Below, in pieces: positions 28,064-38,336 of a DNA stretch of 64,000 nucleotides. Under the pieces are notes generated by a model. It saw only the letters and a list, made by a program, of their open reading frames with translations. It made no database searches and had not been told where the DNA came from. Origin of the DNA: Candidatus Gottesmanbacteria bacterium (GTDB lineage: Bacteria; Patescibacteriota; Microgenomatia; UBA10105; UBA927); NCBI GenBank assembly GCA_963711735.1, contig CAVQFA010000003.1, forward strand, positions 210,971-274,970. The letters are read 5' to 3'. Within the stretch, counting starts at the first letter, position 1; each line of letters opens with the position of its first letter. Both the position numbers and the translations under genes were made by a program.

Positions 28064-28645
28064 AACACACCGGAAATATTACGTAGGATAAGGGTATATG
28101 GAACAAAATACTATTTCGGATACGGTGCTTTAAAAAACAGAAAAATTGTTAAAGAAATTATCGGAAGGGATCCCGGTGCCGGACGCAGTGCGATTTTACG
28201 CGGATACCAGCTCGGGTATCAGAGCCTAAACCAAATACCGCCAAAAGTAGCAGAAGAATTACGAAAAATCTGGGGAGATACTTTCCGGGCATATACGCTC
28301 GTTAAAGGGAGCGGTGTCGTTTCCGGAACCGTATGGGAGCTCTCTGAAGCGGAGTTTGTTAAGATTCAGCAGTGGAATTTCGTCGGTGAGTGGAGAGAAA
28401 CTTCTTCAGCCACGGTGATTTTAGATAACAATACGGAACTTACCGTAGATTTGGATCTCATACCGAAAAGTCAGAGGATCGAAGGAATTATCATCGATGG
28501 CATAGAAGGTATTCCTAACCCGATTCTCGAAGGGAAAAAGAAATTTGACGAATATGAGAAGGAAGAACAGGATGAAGTAGAAAAAGCGAGAATATTACTG
28601 GAGAATTTATCAAAACCCCGTGACGACACCCAGCTTCATGTGTGA
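28064..28645 (+). pseudogene. gamma-glutamyl cyclotransferase-like (GGCT/AIG2-like) gene lacking an in-frame canonical start (possible frameshift near 28098)
   Basis: The frame-2 ORF encodes ...VYGTKYYFGYGAL...ILRGYQLGYQSL, a YxxYGSL-type N-terminal motif, but the only nearby ATG (28098) is in another frame. Confidence 0.3.
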
Positions 28646-28802
28646 GAAGACATCCGGACTGGTAATAATTCCTTCATTTTTCAGAAAAATCGATGAATTT
28701 GGTATCATTGGATAGAAAATCATTCGTTTATGGCTAAACTACCAAAAGATATCATTACACATCTGGAAAAGACGGAAGGAGCTTCGTAGGAAAGGTGATT
28801 TC

Positions 28803-29717
28803 GTGCAGGCAGATATTATACGAAAGAAAATTGAAACGAAAGGATACACGATTGCAGATACGGTTGATGTCCAATCTACACATATTTACAGAAATGAGTC
28901 AGAAAAACAGAATGAGCTTCAGGAGACACGTATTGCCATTTTTGGTTCCGGAGAATTATCCTCAGTCGGCCGCAGTATCCATGAGCACCTTATACATGCA
29001 TACCACGCGCCGGTACATATCACTCTGTTGCCTACACCCGCGGGATATGAAGATAATCCATTCAACTGGTACAGAAAACTTTCCAGATCACTGAAAACCG
29101 GTTTACATAATTATGCACCCGAGGTAACTATATGTAAGGCATTACGAAGTGACGGGGATGAGAGTACGAATTCTCATGAGATTCTCAAACCTCTTCTTGA
29201 CGCCGATTATATCCACACCGGTGCGGGAAGCCCGACGTACGCTGTCCGGCATCTGAAAAATTCTCTTGCCCTTACATATCTCAAACAAAGAATCGATGCG
29301 CATATTCCCACTTCGATCGCTTCAGCTGCGTCTATTGCATTCGGAAAAGTAGTACTTCCCGTGTATGAGCTGTATTTTGCAGGTGAAGATTTGCATTGGG
29401 ATGAAGGATTGGATTTCTTTTCAAGGTGGGGGTTAAATCTGTCATTTATCACTCATTTTAATAATACCGAAGGAGGCAGGGATGTTGATACCCGTTATGC
29501 GTATATGGGTAAACGGAGATTTACAAAACTTCTTGATATAATACCTCTCAGGACCAATTTAGTAGGAATAGATGAACATACTGCACTTATTATTAATCTT
29601 ACGACAATGAAGGGGTACGTTATGGGGAAAGGGAATATTACACTCATCACATCTGACGTTGACGGAAAAAAAATTTCCCCGGGATATACATTCGATTTAT
29701 CCATATTTTCCGAGTAA
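28803..29717 (+). CDS. peptidase S51-like (cyanophycinase/PepE-like) protein with N-terminal CysRS-C-terminal-like helical segment
   Basis: From TRIAIFGSGELSSVGRS... on it matches S51/class I glutamine amidotransferase-like peptidases. The first ~35 aa, plus ~20 in-frame codons upstream, read KELRRKGDFVQADIIRKKIETKGYTIADTVDVQ, the KDF-x2-AD-x-IR...G-x3-DT pattern of the CysS/YqeB C-terminal domain. GTG or an upstream non-ATG start. Confidence 0.5.
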   Translation: MQADIIRKKIETKGYTIADTVDVQSTHIYRNESEKQNELQETRIAIFGSGELSSVGRSIHEHLIHAYHAPVHITLLPTPAGYEDNPFNWYRKLSRSLKTGLHNYAPEVTICKALRSDGDESTNSHEILKPLLDADYIHTGAGSPTYAVRHLKNSLALTYLKQRIDAHIPTSIASAASIAFGKVVLPVYELYFAGEDLHWDEGLDFFSRWGLNLSFITHFNNTEGGRDVDTRYAYMGKRRFTKLLDIIPLRTNLVGIDEHTALIINLTTMKGYVMGKGNITLITSDVDGKKISPGYTFDLSIFSE

Positions 29718-29775
29718 ATATTACCAAGGTAATGGAACGTGTAATATATCACGACACAATGCAGAATAAGAATAT

Positions 29776-30399
29776 ATGAAAAGACTATTTTTAACATCCA
29801 GCGTCAATCTTGTTGCAGAGGATATTATCAGACATATACCGAATGCAAAGGGGATGAAGTTGGCATTCATAAGCACCGCATCGGAAGGGGAAAAGGGAGA
29901 TAAGATATGGTTGAATGAAGACAGACAAGCCCTTGTTAATGCACGATTTGACGTATTTGACTACACAGTTACCGGTAAAAAGAGAGATAGAATTAAACAG
30001 GATTTATATAGCGCTGATGTGATATTTTTTTCCGGTGGAAATACATTTTATCTTCTGGAAAAAATTCAGCAAAGTGATTGCATGGAAGTAATCCGTACGT
30101 TTATTAATAAGGGAAAAATCTACATCGGTTCCAGCGCAGGATCCGTCATTGCCGGTCCTGATATTTATCCAGCCAAAAGACTGGATAATGCATCCAAAGC
30201 TCCGAATATCAAAGGATATGAAGGTTTCGGATTTGTAAATTTTGTTGTATTCCCGCATTGGGGAAGCAGGGAATTTAAAAATCTTTATCTTAAACAGCGT
30301 TTCTCTCACGCATATACTGAAAATCATGCGATTATTCTTCTAACAAATTATCAATACGTTTTGGCAGAAGATGATATGTACAAAATTATTACCGTTTAG
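29776..30399 (+). CDS. peptidase S51 (dipeptidase E-like)
   Basis: 207 aa; KLAFISTASEG...FFSGGNTFYLL...IGSSAGSVIAGP, with the Ser nucleophile. Confidence 0.65.
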   Translation: MKRLFLTSSVNLVAEDIIRHIPNAKGMKLAFISTASEGEKGDKIWLNEDRQALVNARFDVFDYTVTGKKRDRIKQDLYSADVIFFSGGNTFYLLEKIQQSDCMEVIRTFINKGKIYIGSSAGSVIAGPDIYPAKRLDNASKAPNIKGYEGFGFVNFVVFPHWGSREFKNLYLKQRFSHAYTENHAIILLTNYQYVLAEDDMYKIITV

Positions 30400-31031
30400 C
30401 TTGCCATTATTTCTTCAAAAGAGTTTTTATCAGAGATATAACAATAATGCTTTTTAAATTGCAGGATTTTTTTCTTAACCAGTTTATTTACTTCCAGGGT
30501 TACCGTCTCCCGCGATAGACCGCAAAGGCATGCAATATCCCGATGCGTGAGAGGTAAATCGATTCGGACGGATTTGTCAGACTGAATTTTCCCGAACCGG
30601 CGGTATAAGACCTGAAGCGTTGTTACGACTTTTTCCTTCGCAGAACCGAAAAACAACGACTCGGAACTGCTGAGGAGCCCGTTTACTCCGCGGAAAATCC
30701 TATTGGTAACGCCGTAAAGCTCATCAGGGTGCGTTTTGAGATAGTTTAAAACCACATCCAAAGGCGCTTTTATAAGCCGCACATCAGTATATGCCTGGAA
30801 ATTATAGATATTTTCAATATTTCCGATTGCTGAAATCATCGGAAAAAATGCTTTTTCACTCAGGATGCTCAGAGTCAACTCCCGCCCGTCTTTGCTTGAC
30901 ATGTACATCCGGATGAAACCACTTTGTATATAAAATACTTCCCGTGGGGTATCAAACGCCGGGATTATAGTGCTATTTTTGGTATAGTTGAGAGATCTGT
31001 AACGGTTGAATATATCGGTAATGTCTTTCAT
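30396..31031 (-). CDS. Crp/Fnr-family transcriptional regulator
   Basis: 211 aa; N-terminal cNMP-binding beta-barrel and C-terminal HTH RDIACLCGLSRETVTLEVNKLVKKKI. Confidence 0.75.
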   Translation of the reverse strand: MKDITDIFNRYRSLNYTKNSTIIPAFDTPREVFYIQSGFIRMYMSSKDGRELTLSILSEKAFFPMISAIGNIENIYNFQAYTDVRLIKAPLDVVLNYLKTHPDELYGVTNRIFRGVNGLLSSSESLFFGSAKEKVVTTLQVLYRRFGKIQSDKSVRIDLPLTHRDIACLCGLSRETVTLEVNKLVKKKILQFKKHYCYISDKNSFEEIMAS

Positions 31032-31065
31032 TTATATTTATATATGATATCTTTCACAAAATATA

Positions 31066-31081
31066 TGTAATATGTATTACA
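31066..31081. promoter_or_regulatory. CRP/FNR-type palindromic site TGTAA-N6-TTACA, 35 nt upstream of the crp/fnr-family gene
   Basis: tgtaatatgtattaca read directly; fits TGTGA-N6-TCACA geometry with symmetric substitutions. Confidence 0.35.
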
Positions 31082-31384
31082 TTTTATTCAGATTGGGCAC
31101 GACATCTCATCTGTTGTACACATTACTGCAGATTACACCCTGTTTATTATATAAATACGTAATATGTATATACCTGTCATTCATCTCAGCACGGATTATA
31201 TCAAATACAGAAAGAGAAGGAGTTATATTGATGAATATATCCGGATGGCGCTTGCGGAATCTGTTAATGAGTCTAAGAAGAAAACCGGATTCACTAAAAA
31301 ATAAACAAGTCTATGTACAATATTATTCGGGATTTTATTACCATTATTCTTTATAATCCGGATCTCCGGAAGTAACACCCAAAA

Positions 31385-31882
31385 TCACGTATTCATCAGC
31401 CAAACCGAGAAGTTGAGGATTGATGCGAATGTTACCCAGAGAAGGTATGGAATAAGGGTATAAGACGCCCATTTGTCGATTTTACGAAACGCAATAATAA
31501 CTGAAGCAATCAAACCCCAGAGAATGCATATAACCACAAAAGCCAACCCAAGCTCTTTCATCCCGAAAAATACGATTGACCAGAGTGAGTTAAATACCAG
31601 TTGAATACAAAACAGATATACCGCATGTTTGACATTTCGTTTACTCATGCCGTGTCGGTATACCCGGTATAACGATATGCCCATGACGGTATAGAGGGTA
31701 AGCCAAACAGGTCCGAATATGAACGGGGGAGGATTGAACCACGGTTTGGCAAGTGATGCGTACCACGTAGGAATTTCTTTCATGGTAAATGCGGATCCGA
31801 TGACTCCTGCAAGCTGGCAGAGGAGTATGGATCCGATAACGGGAATAATTTCAACGGTTTGTTTGGAAGCGTTATTTTTCAT
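31385..31882 (-). CDS. tspO: TspO/MBR tryptophan-rich sensory protein
   Basis: 165 aa; LAKPWFNPPPFIFGPVWLTLYTVMGISLYRV hallmark. Confidence 0.85.
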   Translation of the reverse strand: MKNNASKQTVEIIPVIGSILLCQLAGVIGSAFTMKEIPTWYASLAKPWFNPPPFIFGPVWLTLYTVMGISLYRVYRHGMSKRNVKHAVYLFCIQLVFNSLWSIVFFGMKELGLAFVVICILWGLIASVIIAFRKIDKWASYTLIPYLLWVTFASILNFSVWLMNT

Positions 31883-31944
31883 AAGATACGTTCGGTATCT
31901 CTTTTATACGAATTGTATTACGTTCAGTATAATATGAGACCGTA

Positions 31945-32787
31945 TTATAAATAAAGCAGGATAATACCCAAAAGTGCACAGAACATTCCAAGTATTTTTT
32001 GAGGTACGCGCTTTGTTTCGTGCAAGAATAGAATTCCGAATACAACCGGTGTCAGAAGAGAAAAACTCTTATAGATAGGAACGCTGACGGAGACATTCGT
32101 GTGTTTCAGTACCGCAAGGACGATGGCAAACGATACTGTTGCCATAAGGGAAACGAGTACTATTTTCACGCTGTGTTTCTTCAATAGATCCTGTGCATCA
32201 GGTATAAATCCCTTTCTGCTGACAAAAACGCTTCCGACTAAAAGGTCGTTGATAAACACATACGTATACGGGGAAAAATCCCGGAGGATGACTTTATCCA
32301 GAACACTTGCCATTGCACCGAAGAGTGTTGCCAGGAGTGCAAATATAACTCCGGATGACAGGATAAATGACATTTTTTCAAATACAACAATAAAACCGCC
32401 TACACAGATCAGTGCAAGGCCTGCATATGACAGGACCGTCAGATGTTCGCCAAGAAATGCAATACCTGCAATAGCTATAAAAACAATATTTAATCTGTCG
32501 ATTATGCTGACAAGAGACACATCAGTATTCTGTAAAGCTCTGAATGTAAAGGTAACGAAAAGTGCATACGAAATGACAGAGAATCCAATGAGGATCCAAT
32601 ATGCCGGAGAGGTAGAAATTTGGAAATTGATGAACAGAAGAGGAATGGCAAAAACGGCTCCGATAAGCTGGGTAACCGTCGTAAGAGTCGTTGACCTGTT
32701 GCCGTTGACGGCAAGTGTTTTATATACAACACGTATAATGCCGTTTAAAAATCCCGCTATAAAAAGAAGAATGAAAGTCAGAAGCAT
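31945..32787 (-). CDS. EamA/DMT-family transporter
   Basis: 280 aa, 10 TM, two EamA-like repeats. Confidence 0.55.
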   Translation of the reverse strand: MLLTFILLFIAGFLNGIIRVVYKTLAVNGNRSTTLTTVTQLIGAVFAIPLLFINFQISTSPAYWILIGFSVISYALFVTFTFRALQNTDVSLVSIIDRLNIVFIAIAGIAFLGEHLTVLSYAGLALICVGGFIVVFEKMSFILSSGVIFALLATLFGAMASVLDKVILRDFSPYTYVFINDLLVGSVFVSRKGFIPDAQDLLKKHSVKIVLVSLMATVSFAIVLAVLKHTNVSVSVPIYKSFSLLTPVVFGILFLHETKRVPQKILGMFCALLGIILLYL

Positions 32788-32859
32788 ATACTGATTTTAT
32801 GGTATAGGTACGGAACACTCAATTGCCAACTTTCATATCTGTTGATATGATAGAGACCT

Positions 32860-33546
32860 ATGGAAATTTTTCAGACAATCTTCGATTACGTCATGCACCT
32901 TGATACAAACCTTGCCCAGCTTGTTATCCAATACGGAGTCCTCACGTACGGAATTCTATTCATGATCATATTTGCAGAGACCGGCTTTGTGGTGACCCCA
33001 TTTCTGCCGGGCGATTCACTTCTGTTTGCAGCCGGTGCAATTGCCGCTATCGGATCGCTAAACCTTTGGTTTATCCTTGCGCTTTTTGGAATCGCTGCAA
33101 TCGGAGGGGATACCGTCAACTACTGGATCGGGCATTTCTTCGGACGGAAGATCGTTGATAATCCGAAAATTCCGTTTATCAATCAGGAGCATATCGACAA
33201 AACAGAGGCATTTTATAAAAAGCACGGTGGGAAGACGATTATGATCGCCCGTTTTGTGCCTATTGTCCGGACATTTGCACCGTTTGTTGCAGGCGTGGGA
33301 ACTATGGATTACAAAAAATTCATTCTGTATAACGTTATTGGCGGACTTCTATGGACAACCATTTTTACTTCAGGGGGATATTTTTTTGGCAATATCCCTT
33401 TTGTAAAAGAAAATTTCCATTACGTTATATTTGCCATTATTTTTCTTTCTCTCATACCTGTGATATATGAATACATTCAGAATAAAAAACACACCAACGT
33501 CCCTCGTATACCGCAGAAAGAACTTAAAAATATCGTAAACGAGTAA
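32860..33546 (+). CDS. DedA-family membrane protein
   Basis: 228 aa; FVVTPFLPGDSLLFAAGAIAA ... GRKIV ... IARFVPIVRTFAPFVAG signature. Confidence 0.8.
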   Translation: MEIFQTIFDYVMHLDTNLAQLVIQYGVLTYGILFMIIFAETGFVVTPFLPGDSLLFAAGAIAAIGSLNLWFILALFGIAAIGGDTVNYWIGHFFGRKIVDNPKIPFINQEHIDKTEAFYKKHGGKTIMIARFVPIVRTFAPFVAGVGTMDYKKFILYNVIGGLLWTTIFTSGGYFFGNIPFVKENFHYVIFAIIFLSLIPVIYEYIQNKKHTNVPRIPQKELKNIVNE

Positions 33547-33616
33547 TTTTTTTCCCGTATAGAGACTATTCCGCTTACTCTTCCCGTGATTTAGTCTTTA
33601 TGATAGGATCGATACA

Positions 33617-34678
33617 ATGATCAAATCGCTGCAGTCGCTCCGGTTTGTCGCAGCATGCGCCATATTCCTGCATCACCTCGCATATCTCGAACAAGCCGAC
33701 CGCTTTGCGTTTCTCTATACGGATTATTTTTCGAAATGGTATTTCGGTGTCAGCTTCTTTTTTGTTTTATCCGGTTTTGTCCTGTCTATTTCCGATAGTT
33801 CGCAATGGACACATTCGAAATTTTTCCGATTTTTTCGAAACAGAATACTACGGTTCTACCCCATACACATAGCCACATTTGTTGCATCTTTACCGCTTGT
33901 GTATAGGTTCAGCACTCCGTCTGCAGCAATGTGGATAGCCAATCTCAGTCTTCTCCAGAGTTTTGTACCGAATATTCTTTTCTATTTCAGTTTCAATTCG
34001 GTATCCTGGTTTCTGTCGGACCTGCTGTTTTTTTCTTTCTGTTTTCCTGTTTTGATATACGTATATACCAAAATGCGAATACCGGAAATGCTGAAAGTAG
34101 CCATATACGGTGGCGTGATAGGTACCTATATGTATATATACGGATTGCACTACGGTCAGACTCAGAATATTCACTGGTTTTTCTATATATCCCCGTTTTG
34201 GCGGATCATCGATTTTGTAAGCGGAATGGTTTTTGGATTTCTGTATCTGCAGACAAAAAAATATGCCGGAATACTGTCATACCGTTCAGGAACTCTGCTT
34301 GAAATATGCAGCGTTTTCCTGTTTATACTCGCTGTGGTGTATGCATACCGCATACCTCTTAGGTATCAATACGCGGTGTATTACGTTCCGGTACTAAGTG
34401 TTGTCGTATATGTTTTTGCACTATCCAAAGGTGCATTGTCTAAAATTATGGAACACACATTTCTCGTGAAGCTCGGAAACATTGGTTTTGGATTCATCAT
34501 GTCCCAATCACTGTTAATTTGGTACGGACGTACCGTAACTCAGGAACGTTTGTACATGCATCCGATAATTTCCACATTATTACTTTTCATTCTGTCTTTA
34601 GGTGCGGGGATGCTTCTTACCACCATTTCAACAAACATAAAAAATAAATCAGATATGATAGGGAAATATAACATATGA
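33617..34678 (+). CDS. acyltransferase family 3 (membrane O-acyltransferase)
   Basis: 353 aa; N-terminal LRFVAACAIFLHH with catalytic His, ~10 TM. Confidence 0.6.
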   Translation: MIKSLQSLRFVAACAIFLHHLAYLEQADRFAFLYTDYFSKWYFGVSFFFVLSGFVLSISDSSQWTHSKFFRFFRNRILRFYPIHIATFVASLPLVYRFSTPSAAMWIANLSLLQSFVPNILFYFSFNSVSWFLSDLLFFSFCFPVLIYVYTKMRIPEMLKVAIYGGVIGTYMYIYGLHYGQTQNIHWFFYISPFWRIIDFVSGMVFGFLYLQTKKYAGILSYRSGTLLEICSVFLFILAVVYAYRIPLRYQYAVYYVPVLSVVVYVFALSKGALSKIMEHTFLVKLGNIGFGFIMSQSLLIWYGRTVTQERLYMHPIISTLLLFILSLGAGMLLTTISTNIKNKSDMIGKYNI

Positions 34679-36123
34679 AAACCGGAGTCAGATTTTTTCT
34701 GTTTGCGGGTATGCTTTTTATTCTTATCTTCCTTCATCTGACGGTAAAAAATATTCTTCCGAATGTGTATTTTCAGGAGATGGTAGTTTTCCCGTGGCTT
34801 GTCCATTCCGGATTACAACTCTACAAAGACGTTATTATAACGTATCCGCCCGGTTTACCAAACATTTTGCTTCCTTTATATCGTTTATCCGGATTTACGT
34901 TTGATTCTCTCTCTAACATACAGACCGGATTTCTCATCCTGACGGATATTTTGCTTTTTATCATATCATATAAGCTTTTCCGGTCGGTTATCCGAGCCGT
35001 GTGTGTAATCCTTTTTTATATCCTCTGGTATCCCATAACAGAGGGATACGTTTTCTGGTTTGAGACGGCATGCAACCCTTTTCTTCTTGTCAGTCTGTAT
35101 TTCTTTATCCGGTATATTGGCAATGACAGGAAATCAATTCTGATAAGCGGACTTGCAATGGCACTCGTTCTGGTCATAAAACAGACCTTTCTGTGGGTAT
35201 ATGTTCTGATGGTTTTATTCGTGATTGTCAGGGGAATATTGTTAAGAAGTAAATCGTTACTGAAAGATACAGTGTATATATTGATATTTCCGGTTATAAG
35301 CATGATTGCCGTGAGTGTACATATGGTACTGAACGGTTTGTTTCGGGAATATTGGTACTGGACAATCATATTTCCGCTTACAAATCTATCCCACAATGCT
35401 AAATTTATCCTTATACCAACTATGTATGAGATTCGTCAGTTTATTCCTGCGTATGCATTGATTGTAATATCTATAACGCTGATGATATGGGGGAGATATA
35501 AGGGAAGGAAAGCGGAAGTATGTGCATGGATTATGTTTGTTCTGGGATCTGCTTGTACCGTTTTACCCAGGTGGGGATATTTCCATCTCCAATCCTCAGT
35601 ACTCCTCCTGTCATTGGGTACCGGGTATATGTACCAAGAAATATCATCTGTCACCAGAAGCAGAATCCTCACAGGAATAATAATCTGTATGGTACTGTAT
35701 ACCGGTTTGCTCACCTATCAAAGTCAAAAACACTTCTATCTCGACCGGATGCCGAAAATTCTTTCATATAATAAAAGCGAAAGCGAGGCTGTCCGGGTGT
35801 TTCTTTCAAAACATATCGGGGAGAAAGATTTTTTCAGTTTTGAAAATATGTTTCTTGTCTATTTTATAATGAACCGGAAACCGTCAGTAATTCCATGGAT
35901 TCAATTTCTTCCGGCAATGGATGATGCAGATATTCAAAAAACTCTTACGGGTGTTTTGGAAAAAAAGAAACCCCCGTATGTTGTTTATCAGCCGACAATA
36001 AGAGGAAAGACGATCGGGTCGGATACTATTCCTGATATTATACAATCGTATATTGCGTCTCACTACCGGACGAGCGATATGACGCTTTCCAATCCTCCCA
36101 CGTACATTCTTATCAGAAAATAA
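34675..36123 (+). CDS. large polytopic membrane protein (possible GT-C-type glycosyltransferase)
   Basis: 482 aa, >=10 TM and a C-terminal soluble domain; translationally coupled (ATGA) to the acyltransferase. Confidence 0.4.
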   Translation: MKTGVRFFLFAGMLFILIFLHLTVKNILPNVYFQEMVVFPWLVHSGLQLYKDVIITYPPGLPNILLPLYRLSGFTFDSLSNIQTGFLILTDILLFIISYKLFRSVIRAVCVILFYILWYPITEGYVFWFETACNPFLLVSLYFFIRYIGNDRKSILISGLAMALVLVIKQTFLWVYVLMVLFVIVRGILLRSKSLLKDTVYILIFPVISMIAVSVHMVLNGLFREYWYWTIIFPLTNLSHNAKFILIPTMYEIRQFIPAYALIVISITLMIWGRYKGRKAEVCAWIMFVLGSACTVLPRWGYFHLQSSVLLLSLGTGYMYQEISSVTRSRILTGIIICMVLYTGLLTYQSQKHFYLDRMPKILSYNKSESEAVRVFLSKHIGEKDFFSFENMFLVYFIMNRKPSVIPWIQFLPAMDDADIQKTLTGVLEKKKPPYVVYQPTIRGKTIGSDTIPDIIQSYIASHYRTSDMTLSNPPTYILIRK

Positions 36124-36195
36124 CACTGATTCTTATGAGCACAAATATTTCTGCAAATCCAAGGAAGATGGGTATATAATCAACTTTACGAATCT

Positions 36196-37572
36196 ATGAA
36201 GAACTTTTTTTCTTCGCCGCTTACGTACATTCCCGGATTACTTGCCGTTGCAGCAGTTCTGATTGCGTCCGTCATCGTGAACTACAATATGGGATTTTAT
36301 AGCGTATCCCATTCGGAGATGTACATACCGTTTTTTTTGGGGTCTGCGTCGTTTTTGTACAAAATTTCTTATTACCCGATCATAGACCTGTATTACCGGG
36401 CCAGGGATCTGGCAAATTTGGTTGATATTTTTGATACCTATTTTCTCGTCTGGAGTGCGCGATTTGGGATACCGCACTTTCTTTCCGGCTCTTATTACCT
36501 TCTTTTACTTCCGACCGTTGGCATTCCGATTCTGTTTTCAAAGAAAAATTTCGGAAACCGCGGGTTCTGGATTGCCGTACTTTTTACAATTGCATTTCTT
36601 ACAAGCCCCGCTGTGTTTCTCTCCGGTATGTACTTCCGTCCGTCGAAAATACTTGTTACCCTGGGAGCAAGTATCGGTATGATGCTTTTTTATCGTGCGG
36701 GAAGGGCACAGAGTTCTGGAACACGACTTTCCGCGCTTCTCGGAATTACCGCATTTTTCCTTGTTTTCGGGATGGGTATCAGTGATGAAATAGGGCTTGC
36801 GTTCGGCGCAATTGGAACACTATATAGCATTACGTTGTATGTACTTAAACGGAACGCAAAAACAATGTTTGTTATGACAGGATGCATTGCCGGCGTTGCT
36901 TTTCTGTGGGCATACCGCAGTTATATCGGACCGTACATTGTACATGCGGTCACAGGTTTGTCTCCGGTCATATGGGGAATTGAAGATTTATCATTTGGCA
37001 ATCCGGATGGTATTATTCAGGGGGTACAGCTTCTTTTGCGCTGGATTCAGTTGTTTTTCGGAACTATTCCGACAGAGTTTATTATCATACCATTTGCTGT
37101 CTGTTGGTTTTTGTCAGCCCTGATGATATCGTCTTCACGGCGGCTGACTGTGCGTTCTGCACTCCTTTCCCTTTGTTATCTTACCGTGATAATCGGAATT
37201 TCCTTTGCTCTTGTTTATGTTATGCTTCTGCGTCACCCGGTGATTGCCTGGCGTGAATATACGCTTCTGTATTATCCTATACCGCTCTACGGTCTGTACT
37301 ATATCCTTTTGCTTTTCGTATCGCTGAGCGTATCCAAAAAATTTTCACAAACGCTGCCGATAATAATTGTTTTATGCTGCATATGGATAAGTGCAAACAT
37401 GTTTGCACTTCCGTCTCACTACCGGACACTCCTGGATCCGGAAACAAAAACGTCTGTGTATTACAGGTATACGGAAAAGATGATAGATGCACTGAAGCAT
37501 CCGAACATACCGATAGAATCATATAAACTCGAGCATATACAAGCAGTACAGGCAATACGTAATCGTCTCTGA
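36196..37572 (+). CDS. large polytopic membrane protein (possible GT-C-type glycosyltransferase/polymerase)
   Basis: 458 aa, ~12 TM, no recognisable motif. Confidence 0.4.
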   Translation: MKNFFSSPLTYIPGLLAVAAVLIASVIVNYNMGFYSVSHSEMYIPFFLGSASFLYKISYYPIIDLYYRARDLANLVDIFDTYFLVWSARFGIPHFLSGSYYLLLLPTVGIPILFSKKNFGNRGFWIAVLFTIAFLTSPAVFLSGMYFRPSKILVTLGASIGMMLFYRAGRAQSSGTRLSALLGITAFFLVFGMGISDEIGLAFGAIGTLYSITLYVLKRNAKTMFVMTGCIAGVAFLWAYRSYIGPYIVHAVTGLSPVIWGIEDLSFGNPDGIIQGVQLLLRWIQLFFGTIPTEFIIIPFAVCWFLSALMISSSRRLTVRSALLSLCYLTVIIGISFALVYVMLLRHPVIAWREYTLLYYPIPLYGLYYILLLFVSLSVSKKFSQTLPIIIVLCCIWISANMFALPSHYRTLLDPETKTSVYYRYTEKMIDALKHPNIPIESYKLEHIQAVQAIRNRL

Positions 37573-37591
37573 TCGGTACATTTTTTACAGA

Positions 37592-38269
37592 ATGAAATCA
37601 CCCGTTGCTTCCCATTTCGACACACTCGCATCTTCCTATGATGAAGGGAAATTACGGAATTCATACTATTATTCGTCGCTTATTTCCTTATTGCGCCGCT
37701 ATATCCCGTACAATAGGTCGGTTTTGGAAATTGGCTGCGGAACCGGGGAATTACTGTCACACCTGAACCCGTCAAAAGGTGTCGGAATCGATATCAGCGA
37801 GAATATGATTGCCAAGGCACGGAAAAAATATACGGGAAAGAATATGACATTCCGTGTTGTATCTATAGAAAAGTACAGCAGTCGAATACCATTCGACACG
37901 ATATTTATGGCAGACGTGATAGAACATCTTACCGATCCCGTGTGTGCTTTTGCATCGGTTGAAAAACTTATGAAAAAACACACGACATTCGTCATTACAA
38001 TGGCAAACCCCATATGGGAACCGGTACTCATGTTTGCAGAGAAACTCCATTTGAAGATGCCGGAAGGACCGCACAATCGTATAGCATATGCCGACATCAA
38101 CAGACTCTGCCGTGTTAATGATATGCATATAATTCACCATTCCTATTCAACGCTCTGTCCTGTAAATCTGGGGATTGTTTCATCCGCATTGAACAACTAC
38201 TGTGAACCTTTCCTCCGGAGATTTGCATTTATCGAATTTTTCATAATCAAAAAAGGAAAAATCATGTAA
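37592..38269 (+). CDS. class I SAM-dependent methyltransferase
   Basis: 225 aa; VLEIGCGTGEL motif I and DTIFMADVIEHL post-II. Confidence 0.65.
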   Translation: MKSPVASHFDTLASSYDEGKLRNSYYYSSLISLLRRYIPYNRSVLEIGCGTGELLSHLNPSKGVGIDISENMIAKARKKYTGKNMTFRVVSIEKYSSRIPFDTIFMADVIEHLTDPVCAFASVEKLMKKHTTFVITMANPIWEPVLMFAEKLHLKMPEGPHNRIAYADINRLCRVNDMHIIHHSYSTLCPVNLGIVSSALNNYCEPFLRRFAFIEFFIIKKGKIM

Positions 38270-38336
38270 ACATGTCAAATACTTTGTAATGATCCGTGGT
38301 TTCAAGCAGCAGAAAAATATGTAATAATAGCCGGAT

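Noticed and set aside
31072-31356. 94-aa ORF between the crp-family gene and tspO
   Set aside because: It is an AT-rich, low-complexity reading of a promoter/terminator spacer that contains the CRP-like site.
32099-32794. 231-aa plus-strand ORF
   Set aside because: It is antisense to the EamA transporter gene, has no recognisable domain, and is R/S/T-rich.
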